Assembly: GCF_030144855.1 (NCBI RefSeq)
Contig: NC_082717.1
Coordinates: 64,852,001-64,916,000 of the forward strand
Source: Hypanus sabinus
Lineage: Eukaryota
Reading direction: 5' to 3'
Length of the DNA: 64,000 nucleotides
Shown here: one piece after another, positions 48,590 to 59,319 of the stretch
Position numbering within the stretch: position 1 is the stretch's first letter
How the letters are laid out: each line of letters begins with the position of its first letter
Made by a program: the position numbers and the translations under genes
The notes under the pieces: model-generated
What the model was told of the DNA's origin: nothing
Databases searched by the model: none
What the model saw: the letters and a program-made list of their open reading frames with translations, nothing else

Positions 48590-49093
48590 ATCCATTACAA
48601 CTTTGTTTTATCTGCCAAAAGCGGAACTTCTCAGTGGCCAAACATTTTAATTCCAATTCACATTTCCACTCTGACATTTTGGATCATAGCCTCCTCTTGT
48701 GCCAAGATGCAGGGGCAACACCTTATATTCTGTCTCCAACCTGATGGAATGAATATCGATTTCTCCTTCTGATAAAATAAAATTTCCCCTACCCTCCCTC
48801 TATTCCCTACTCTGGCCCTCTACCTCTTCTCACCTGCGTATTATCTACCCCAGATCCCCTTGTACTTCCTTTTCTCCTATGATCCACTCTCTTCTCCTAT
48901 CAGATTCCTTCCTCTCCAGCCCTTTACCTTTTCCCCTCACTTGGCTTCAGCAGTCAGCTTCCAGCTAGTCTTCCCCCTTCCTTTTCAGAACTTAAGGATG
49001 CTCTCAGCCTGAAACGTAGATGCTGCCTGACATGAATTCCTCTAGCATTTTATGTGTGTTGCTTTGGACTTTCAGCATTTGCAGACTTTCTTG
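48590..49093 (+). mobile_element. Penelope-like element 3' fragment
   Basis: Collinear with 20160-20675 (LQPDGMNIDFS-stop, CT-rich UTR, terminal repeat). Confidence 0.7.
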
Positions 49094-49771
49094 ATCCCGT
49101 ACATTTTGTAATTTTTTTATAGTTGGATACAAAAACCTGAAAGTATGTGTGATCAGGATCAAGGACTGCTCCCACCCTGCTGTTGTAAGATTATTGGATG
49201 CCTCAATGGGTTGATAAGATGGACTCCTGACCTTACAATCTCTGTCATTATGATGTTGCACCTTACCGTTTACCTGAAATGCACTTTCTCCGTAGCTTTT
49301 ACACTTTATTGAGACAGACTGACAGACATACTTTATTGATCCTGAAGGAAATTGATCGATTGATTCTGCATTCTGTTATTGTTTTACCTTGATTACTTCA
49401 ATGCATGATGTAATGGATTGATCAGTATGAACGGTTTGCAAACGTGTGACAACAAAAAAATCAATACCCATGTTCTTGCTTTTCAATGGCAGTTGGCAGA
49501 CCAACAATAAGTGAACGACCACTGCCTAGTGAGTGTGGAGGAAAAAGACAGGAGGTCTACCTTCTAAATTCCTCCCCTCCCAAAAAAAAAATCAAAAAAC
49601 CTAATGCTTTTCAGAAGGTTGAATACATATTCAAGTATATTACGATGGCAGTGATATCCTAATAAACTTTTCATGTTAAATCCTGTCTGCCCCAAGCTCT
49701 TAATTTAACAACTGGACTCTTCAAATTTGCTGGTGCAGTACCATTGACTGGCACTTGGCAGAGCCGCTGAG

Positions 49772-49848
49772 CCAATGATCGCGGCGTGTTTGAGGAGGCG
49801 GGGCGCAACAGGCGGGGTGAAAGGTCAGCGCAGGTCAACATGACGTCA
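49772..49848 (+). promoter_or_regulatory. COMMD1 proximal promoter: CCAAT box, GC boxes, DR4/NBRE element, CRE
   Basis: CCAAT 49772-49776; GGCGGGG at 49797 and 49811; AGGTCA-gcgc-AGGTCA 49822-49837; TGACGTCA 49841-49848. Confidence 0.65.
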
Positions 49849-49855
49849 GTAGATC

Positions 49856-50026
49856 ATGGCTGATGTGGGCAGTAAGTCTTTGTGCGGCCTGCTGTTTGGC
49901 CTGTCTCAGATCACCTTTTACCGTAACCCTGCTGTTACCGAGCAGATGCTCAAGGATGAACTCTACCCCGAGCTATCAGAGCAAGATTTCCAAGTTCTGG
50001 TGGAGAAAATGAACGGTATCCTACGG
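49856..50026 (+). CDS. COMMD1: COMMD1 (copper metabolism MURR1 domain protein 1), first coding exon; rest of gene outside window
   Basis: MADVGSKSLCGLLFGLSQITFYRNPAVTEQMLKDELYPELSEQDFQVLVEKMNGILR, then donor gtaggt (57 codons, phase 0). Resembles human COMMD1 exon 1 (LSGLLNALAQDTFHGYPGITEELLRSQLYPE...KMRGILK). Divergent from CCT4, as in mammals. Confidence 0.92.
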
Positions 50027-50349
50027 GTAGGTGAAGAAGGGACAACCGCCAACTGCTCTCCAGCGAACAGCAGTCTCCTTTACATCAGCTTTCTCTAATC
50101 CGAGAAATGTGATTGCTGACATGTCGTTTGATGTAGTAATGCATTGTGTAATGCATTTGCTGTACAGCTTTACTGATGTAGTTTGATTGGTGTACGTTAA
50201 TTGAATCCTCCAAGACCAGTCGTTACCACCGAGACAGTAACGTCTTTCAGGAGATGTGTTCCAACACCAGTGTCCCAATCTTTCAGCGCCCTCTGCAATC
50301 AGTTCATTCAAGAATACCTCTATGTATCTACTAATAATTAAAGCAAGAG

Positions 50350-51880
50350 ACTTCATATGCCGGAAATCTAAAAGAAGGAAACTACTGGAAGCGGCCGGCA
50401 GGTTAGATCGTGTGTGACAAGAAAGAAATAGATCTAGTATTGCAGGTCAATGACCTTTGACTAGAGTGGGAAAATAGTAAAACACATGCATTTATGTTTT
50501 GGAGAGGTGTTGCAGTGGACAGAATGAACAAAATGACTTTGGTGTGGTGTGGAGGGGTGGAATTAAGGTGTTCTATGCTGTCTATTTAATAAATGTGTGC
50601 AGTTAGGTATTGAAATACAGCAAAATATACTTAATGGAAGTGTTGAAAGTGTTATACATTCAGTAGTTTAATATTTTGTTCTGATCAGGCAGTTTCTGTT
50701 GGGTTGGGTGGCTGGGGGGGGGGGGGAGTAATCAATACCTCATGTTGATGACTGGAACAATGCTACTTAAAATTGCTACTGAGCTGCTGCATGCCCAGTA
50801 GGAAGTTGAGTGCCTTGTTTTGAATATATATTGGACTTTGTTTTGACAATATGGGGGCAGAGATAGAGGTTAGAGTTGGATGCAGAATTATATCGATGGG
50901 AGAGTGGATTTGCAGAGTCACCTTTGCAGACTGAACAGAGGTGTTTCGCAAGGTGGTCATCCAACCTGCGTTGGTTTTCTCGGTGTAGCGGAGAGCACAT
51001 TCTGAATACAGGATGTGATGCACTAGATCTGTGGAGTGCAGGTGGAAGAACTATCTCAGGAGGCTGGGAAGAGTACTAGAAAAGGTTGTGCTTGCTGCTT
51101 TGTCATTGTGTTAGCAACTACCTCCAGGAAGGGATGGTTGGTAGAGGTGGAAGTGTAAGCCAGGAAATTGCTAAAATAGTCCACTCTCTTCAGAGTGTTA
51201 AATGTAAAAGGTGATGATTCTGGCTGTGGAATCCCATTGAAGATTACAGCAATAACTGAGAATGATCCTTGGAATGTGAAAGCTAGCAGGATGGAAGATG
51301 AGAGCAACAGGAACCCTATTCTGGTTCTCGCTGGGCAGAAAGGACGTGGAGGTAGATGGCTTGTATACTCTAGTAGATGGGGAAGCCACAGTTGAGATAT
51401 TTTGGAGAGACTGTTGTGGTAATCAGAACAAATAACAGATGGAGAAGCTATTCTCAAGATTTTCTCATCGACATCATTGTCTGAGGTCTTCTCAATGTCT
51501 GACTTCTCATTGATCAGAAGGCGCCTGTTTCCCACATTCCCTCCCTTACCACCTCTAATCCAAATCAGAACAACTGTTTATTTCTTCTCCTCACCTTCCA
51601 TCCCATCAGTGTTCATTCAATGCATTATTCGACATAATTATTGCACCCACAACATGATATAACCGCAAGATACATCTTCTCCCTTCTCTTTCAAATCTCC
51701 GAGAAACTATTACGCACAGTTTCTTTCTTCGTTTGCACTGCTAAATGCATCAATCACTCCTTTCTTGTCCATTGCTATGCAGCTGCAAGTGATGTTATCA
51801 ATTGCCCATTTATTTATGTCCTGGGGGCAAAACAGTGTTTCTGTGGTGAAGCAGTTTCACTGCAGTGCAATCACATCTGA
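50350..51880. mobile_element. Old Penelope-like fragments in both orientations (COMMD1 intron 1)
   Basis: Minus-strand NRVPVALIFHPASFHIPRIIL...LQWDSTARII and RRLDDHLAKHLCSVCK; a related plus-strand copy at 51570-51880. Confidence 0.6.
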
Positions 51881-51931
51881 ATGTTAGAGTAGTGAAAAAT
51901 AATTGATACTGCAGCTCTGATCCAATTAATA

Positions 51932-53532
51932 CAGTTGCAAGAAAAAGTTTGCAAGCCCTTTGCAATTACTTGGTTTTCTTCCTTAATTACTCATAAAATG
52001 TGATCCGATCTTCATCTAAGCCACAATAATAGACAAACACTATGCTTAAACTAATAACACTCTGACAATTGCACTTTTCCTTTCTTTATTGAACACATTA
52101 TTTATTCATTCACAGTCCAAGCTGGAAAAATATGTCAACCCTTGTATTTAATAACTGCTAGAACCTCCTTTAGCAGCAGTAACCTCCACCAAACATCTCC
52201 TGTAGCTGCTGATGAGACTTGCACAATGGTGAGGAGGAATTTTAGACCATTCCTCCATACAAAACTGTTTCAGTTCATCAATATTATTGAGGGACCTTGC
52301 ATGGACAGCCCTCTTCAGGTAATGCCACAGCATCTCAATCGGGTTAAGGTTTGGACTCTAACTTGGCCATTCCAAAACACAAATTTTTGTAATTTTAAAC
52401 TATTATGTTGTTGATTTACCCTTGTGTTTCAGATCATTGTCTTCTTGTTTCACCCAACTTCTATTAAGCTTCAGGTGACGGACCGCTACCCTGACATTCC
52501 CCTGTAAAATGTCTTGATACAATTGGAATTCATTGTTTCCCTCCACGGTTACAAGCTGTCCAGGCCCTGAGGCAGCAAAGCAACCCCAAGCCATGATGCT
52601 CCTTCCCCCATGCTTCACAGTTGGGATGGGGTTTTGGTGTTGGTGTGCAGTTCCTTTTTCCTTCCAAATATAGCAGTGTGCATTTCTGCCAATAAGTTCA
52701 ACTTTTGTCTCCTCTGTCCTCAGAACATTTTCCCAGAGGTGTTGTGAAACATCCAGGTGGTCTTTTACAAACTTGAAAGGTGCAGATTTTTTTTGGTTGT
52801 CAGTTGTTTCCTCAGTGGAGTCCTTCCATGAACTCCGTTCCTATTCAGTGATTTTTTTTGTAGTGAACACATGAACAGAGACTTTAGCAAGTTTGAGAGA
52901 TTTCTGCAGTTCTTTTGCTGTTACCCTTGGGTTCTTTTTCATCTCTTTTCAGCATTGCACATTTTGCTCTTTGTGTGATCTTCGCAGGATGCCCACTTTT
53001 CAGGAGAGTAGCAATTATTGTATTTCCTCCATTTGTAGATAGTTTCTCATGAACTGATGATCACTCAGATCTTTAGAAATGCTTTTGTAGCCTTTCCCAG
53101 CTTCATGCATCTTTACAATTCTTCTAAGGTCACCTGAAGGTTGTTTTGATCACATTGTGCACATAAACAGATCTTTCTTGAGAAGAGCAGACTGTCAGTT
53201 ACCTGACTTTGTGTGTCTTTTTATAGGGTAGGGCACATCTACAACCCACTCCTCCAATCTCATCTCATTGATTAGAATACCTGACTCCAGATAGCTTTTG
53301 TAGAAGGCATTACCCCATAGGTTCACATACTTTTTTGAACCTAGACTGTGAATGTTTAAATAGTATACTCAGTATTGATGAGAAGAAGTACAATTGTTTG
53401 TCTGTTATTAGTTTTGTCAGATTGTGCTTGTCTATTATTGTGACTTAGATGAAAATCAGACTACATTTTATGAGTAATTAATGCAGAAAGCCAGGTAATT
53501 TAAAAGGGTTCACAAACTTTTTCTTGCAACTA
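51932..53532 (-). mobile_element. Full-length but decayed Tc1 transposon (Frog Prince-like)
   Basis: TA-flanked; long TIRs beginning CAGTTGCAAGAAAAAGTTTG; minus-strand KHGGRSIMAWGCFAASGPG, QEDNDLKH, AAKGGSSSY. Confidence 0.9.
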
Positions 53533-54534
53533 TATTTGATTTAATTGGTATAACTCCATAACATACAGGTGGAAGAAAAAGTTTGTGTACCCTTTGCAGA
53601 ATTTTCTACTCCCTACAGAATTTTCTATTTCCTTCTTTGACTGTACACCAAGGTTCCTGTGTTCCTCAATATTTCTTTGGTCCTGAACATTCATTTTGTA
53701 TTAGTTCTTCTAAAGTGCAATATTCAGGGAGTTTTGTATTTGGATAAACATCAAAAAAGAACTATTGAGGATAATTTGCATGTCAGGATGGTGAATTGTC
53801 TGCAGGGGAGTACTCCCATTGCCAGCTACTCTTATCATTGATTCTAGAGGTTGCAGTTTCAGAATGAATGAATGAATGCACTGTTTGTATAGACAAGGTA
53901 CACCTGCAGAGATAAATCTGTATGTGTAAATGATTAGATTGGATACATGACAACAAGACAACTTTATCTTGTAGGGGTTGAGCCCCTTAAGAACCTATGG
54001 GGCTGCACCCAATCAGGTAAGTGGGCAGTATATTGACAGGAAAATCAGCTCATCCTTTGTTTGAAAGATTGGATTTGTGGAAACGAGCCCCAGATTTTTC
54101 ATTGCAAATTTCCAGCCTCTGGCTTGACCTCGTCTTGCTATAGTATTCATGTGCCTGTACCGATTGAGTAGGTCAGTGATGTTCCAAGTATGCTCATGGT
54201 GGGGCTGTGGGCGGCAGTTCAGATGATAATAGTGATGAATGTCAAATTTGAATGGCTAGATTATACCTTTAGGCACTGTTTTTTTGCAAATGTTATTTGC
54301 TAGTTATCACCTTGTGCCTGTTACATGCAATAATACTGTGTGTGTTTTGGCGGAGAGGTTTGAACTTAGTGTGGTCATCAGCTGGCAATTGACTTATGAC
54401 ACAATGGAAGGGGGCTCACTGAAGAAACTGACGTGAATGGGCCTTGGGTACAGGTGAACGAATTGTTCAGCACATTGTCTTGGGGCTGAGGTGGCTGATT
54501 TCCAAAGAGCACAACCATTTTATTTTGTGTAGGG

Positions 54535-54615
54535 CAGAGGTTCCCCACCTGGGGTCAACCAATCCCTTGACTTTTAGTATTGGTCCATGGCAAAATAAAA
54601 GTTTGGGAACCCCTG
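54535..54615. mobile_element. ~80-bp hAT MITE
   Basis: CAGAGGTTCCCCACC...TTTGGGAACCCCTG; TSD GTGTAGGG/GTGTAGAT (6 of 8). Confidence 0.7.
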
Positions 54616-55390
54616 GTGTAGATTTGCCAGACTTGTTAATGCCAAGAGGAAAAATTCATACCTCCTTTGGAATTGAGCTATTTTATTCATATTTTAACCA
54701 AGATTGGAATGTGTGGCTGCCAGAACCACAAATGCCTTTTCATAAATATCACTTATGACATTATTGCTAATACTTTTATGACATTGAGCTAAAGACTCCA
54801 ACTTGTGGTCCCCACTTGGTTCACTGCCTGGTCAAATGCTTATTTGATATAGGGCAGACATTCCCTCCTTTCCTATGGATTTCAGCTCTTCTCCTTCTCC
54901 AGTTTGAGCAAGTCTGTAATGAGATGTGAGTGTGAGTCATTGAGTAATACAGCAGCAAGACAGGCCCTTTGGCCTAATCGGTCCATGCCAATTCTGCTTG
55001 TCCCAGTTGCCTACGTTTATCCCAAAACCTCTCAGCCCCTCCCTTCAGGTATTTATTCAAATGCCTTTTAGATGTTGCAGTTGTCCATCTTAACCATTTT
55101 CTTGGGCAGTTCATTCCAAGAACTCGCTGTTGCCTGTGCAGACAATTTACTTGTCAGGTAACACCCACACATTGCAGGAGGAACTCGGCAGGTCAGGCAG
55201 TATTCATGGAAAAGAGTAAACAGTTGACATTTTAGAAGACTGTCAGGGGTTTATTCAAAGTAATTCTTATATATGGCAAATACTTTAACATGATCATTGC
55301 AATTTACTTAAAAATAATATTCATGAACACATTTTCAAGCATTCAAATTCTGTACGTCTGTGCATTTTCCATCTTGAATGTGGAAATGTT

Positions 55391-56226
55391 GACGACACCA
55401 CTGTCATCGGACTCGTCCAGAACAATGATGAGTCTGCATATCGACAGCAGGTGGACCAACTGGCGCTCTGGTGCAGTCGGAACAATCTGGAGCTGAACAC
55501 GCTCAAGACAAAGGAGATGATAGTGGATTTCAGGAGAAATTCCCCTGTTATGTCCCACCTCACAGTCCTTGGCAGCCCTGTGTCCACCGTGGAGAACTTC
55601 AGGTTCCTGGGAACCACCATCTCTCAGGATCTGAAGTGGGAGCAGAACAAGAAGAAGGCCCAGCAGCGGATGTACTTCCTGCGGCTCTTGAGGAAATATG
55701 GTCTGCCTCAGGAATTGCTGCTGCAGTTCTATACTGCAGTCATTGAGTCTGTCCTGTGCACCTCCATCACTGTGTGGTTTGGAGCCGCCACCAAGCAGGA
55801 TAGAACCAGACTACAGCGCACAGTGAGGACTGCCGAGCGCATCATTGGAGCCTCCCTGCCTTCTATTGTGGACCTGTACTCTTCCAGGTTGAAGAAGAGG
55901 GCGGGGAACATCATAAAAGACTCCTTCCATCCTGCGCACGGACTGTTTGAACTGCTTCCGTCTGGTAGGCGCTTCAGATCCCTCCAGACTAAGACTAATA
56001 GGCATTGGAGAAGTTTTTTCCCTACTGCGGTCACTTTGCTGAACAGTTAACTGCCGGTTAACTGTTGGCTAACTATTACTTGGATTGCACTACTTGTATG
56101 TATAATCTATATTTTCATTTATATTTATCATTATTATTGTTCTGAGCAGAGAGACAACATCTGCCGGAAGTAAATTCCTTGTATGTGTACAGATACTTGG
56201 CGATTAAAGTCTGATTCTGATTCTGA
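55391..56226 (+). mobile_element. Young 5'-truncated Rex1/Babar LINE
   Basis: Uninterrupted frame 55391-56050 (DDTTVIGL...WCSRNNLELNTLKTKEMIVDFR...KKAQQRMYFLR...LLPSGRRFR...SFFPTAVTLLN); tail (TTCTGA)n. Confidence 0.92.
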
Positions 56227-56411
56227 TATTAAATATTACCCTCCTTCCCTTTCTTCTATGAAGAAGCTGAGAGGGTTCATTGACTTGTCATTTCTGTCTG
56301 TAGATCGCGAATGATTCAGACTTGATTTTGGCACATAGCCTCACTTTGCCAGTGTTATAAGGACATTGTAATGATGACCTCTAGTTAGCTATTTAATTGT
56401 CCAACACAACT

Positions 56412-59150
56412 GTCATTGTTAGATCTCAATGCACAGAGTATAAAAAATAAGGTGGACAATCTTGTTGCACTATTACAGATTGTCAGGTATGGTGTTGTGG
56501 CCATTGCTGAATCATGGCTGAAGGATAGTAGTAGTTGGGAGCTGAATATCCAAGGTTACACTTTGTAACAGGAATAGGAAGGTAGGTAGAGGGGGTGGTG
56601 TGGCTTTGCTGGTAAAGAATGGCATCAAATTAGCAGAAAGATGTGATGCAGGATTAGAAGATGTTGAATCCTTGTGGGTTGAGTTAAGGAACTGTGAGGG
56701 CAAAGTAGCCTTTTTGGCAGTTACATACAGGCCTCCCAAAAGTAGCTGGAATGTGAACCACAGATTACAATGGGAAGTAGAAAAGGAATTCAAAAGGGAA
56801 TGTTATGATAGTCATGGGAGATTTCAAAATGCAGGTCGGTGGGGGAAAATCGGGTTGGCAGTGGATCTCGAAAGTGAGTTGTTGAATACCTACAACATGG
56901 CTTTTTAGAGTAGTTTGTTGTGAGCTTCTAGGGGATCAGCTACATTGGATTGGGTGTTGTGAAATGAACTGGCGGTGATTAGGGAGCTTAAGGCAAAAGA
57001 ACATTTAGGAGACAGTGATTACAATATGATTGAATTCAACTTGAAATTTGATACAGAGAAAGTAAAGTCTGACATAGCGGTATTTCAGTGGAGAGAAGAG
57101 AAAGTTGTGGTATGAAAGAGGAGTTGGCCAAAGTAATTGAAAAGAGATGCTGCCAAGGATGAGGGCAGAGCAGCAATAGTGTGAGTTTTGAGGAAAAATG
57201 AGGAAGGTACAGGATAAGTTTATTCCAAAATGAAGAAATACTCAAATGGCAAAATATTACAACCATGGGAAGTCAAAGCTAATGTAAAAGCCAAAGAGAG
57301 GGCGTACAAAAACGCAAAAATTAGCAGGAAGATAGAGGATTGGGAAGCTTTTAAACACCTACAGAGAGCAACTAGAAGAATCATTGGGAGGGAAAAGATG
57401 AAATATGAAAGCAAGCTGACAAGTAATATCAAAGTGGATAGTGAAAGCTTTTTTAAGTATGTTTAAAAAAAATAAGAGAGAGATGAGAGTGGATATAGGA
57501 CCACTAGAAAACGAGGCCAGAGAAATAATAACGGGGAGCAAGGAGACATCAGATGAGTATTTTGGATCAGTCTTCTCTGTGGGAAAACGCTAGAAGTGTG
57601 CCAGATGTTGAAGGGTGTGAGGGAAGAGAAGTGAGTGCAGTTACTATTACAAGAGAGAAGGTGCTCAAAAAGCTGAAAGACCTCAGGGTACATAAGTCAC
57701 CTGGACCTGATGAGCTGCAACTTAGGCTTTTGAAAGAAGTAGCAGTTGAGATTGTGGAGGCATGAGTAATGATCTTTCAAAAATCATTGGACTCTGGCAT
57801 AGTGCCAGAGGACTGGAATATTTCAAATGTCATTCCACACTTTAAGAAAGGAGGGAGGCAGCAGAAAGGAAATTATAGACCAGTTAGTCTGACCTCCGTG
57901 GTTGGGAAAATGATGGAGTTAATTGTTATGGATGAGGTGATGGAGTACTTGTTGACACAGGACAAGATAGGATAAAGTCAGCATGGTTTCCTTAAAGGAA
58001 AAATCTTGCCTGATGAACCTGTTGGAATTCTTCGAGGAGATTACAAGTAGGATAGATAAAGGGGATGCAGTGGATGTTGTATATTTGGACTTTCAGAAGG
58101 TGTCTGAAAAGGTACATGAGGCTGCATACCAAATTAAGAGGCAATGGTATTACAGGAAAGTTATTGACATGTTTAGAGCATTGGCTGATTGGTAGGAGGC
58201 AGCGAGTGGGAATAAAAGGATTGTTTTCTGATTGGCTGCCAGTGACTAGTGGTGTTCAGTAGGAGTTGGTATTGGGACTACTTATTTTTATGCTGTATAT
58301 CAGTGATTTAGATGATGGAAATAGATGGCTTTGTTGCCAATTGTGCAGCTAATACAAAGATTGGGTGGAGGGGCAGGTAATGCTGAGTAAGCAGGCTACA
58401 GAAGGACTTGGACAATTTAGGAGAATGGGCAAGAAAGTGGCAATTGAAATACAATGTTGGAAAATACATGGTCATGCACTTTGGTAGTAGAAATAAATGT
58501 GCAGACTATTTTCTAAGTGGAGAAAATCCAAAAATCTGAGATGCAAACAGAGCACCCTAAAAGTTAACTTGTAGGTAGAGTCAGTGGTGAGGAAGGCAAA
58601 TGCAATGTTAACATGCATTTCAAGAGGTCTAGAATACAGGAGCAAGGATGTGATGCTGAGGCTTAATAAAGCACTGGTGAGGCCTCACCTTGAGTATGGT
58701 GAACATTTTTGGGCTCATCATCTGAGAAAAGATGTGCTAACACTGGAGAAGTTTCAGAGAAGGTTCACAAGGATGATTCCAAGAATGAAAGGGTTATCAT
58801 ACGGGTTGTTAGCTCTGGGTTTGTACTTGTTAAAATTTAGAATGATGAGTGGGGATGTCAATGAAAGCTATCAAATGACTTAGAGTAGATGTGGAAAAGA
58901 TGTTTCCCATGGTGGGAGAGTCTAGGGCAAAAGGGCACAATGTTAGGATAGAGGGGTGTCCATTTAAAACATATGCAGATAAATTTCTTTAGCCTGGAGG
59001 TGGTGAATTTGTGGAATTATGGTTATGGAGAGAAGGCCGGGGAGTGAGGCTGAGGAGGGGAAAAGGGATCAGCCTTGACTGAATGGTGGAGCAGACTTGA
59101 TGGGCCAAATGGCCTAATTCTGCTTCTATGTTTTACGGTCTTATGATCTT
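56412..59150 (+). mobile_element. Decayed CR1/HER1 LINE ORF2 (endonuclease through 3' tail)
   Basis: [53 protein letters not shown]; tail ttacggtcttatg. Confidence 0.92.
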
Positions 59151-59319
59151 GATAGTTGGGCAGGACAGGTGTTTTGCAGAGTATCTAATCTTACTTTCAG
59201 GAAAATTAATTGCTACAAAACTTAATTGTAGGAATTCTTTTGTTTATATTTCAGATTTTTATTTTGCATATTCTTCTAAATAGGAACTACTATCAGGAGA
59301 AATAAAACAAGCATCTGAT

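Larger units (their letters stand above)
46045..48600 (-). mobile_element. Rex1/Babar-type LINE fragments (46045-46450, 47973-48190, 48200-48600) interrupted by CR1
   Basis: Tail repeats (agaatcagaat, caaagttcaaagt); peptides SILTGCII...QRVVNLVSSIMGT and AARSIMGKALP. Confidence 0.75.
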
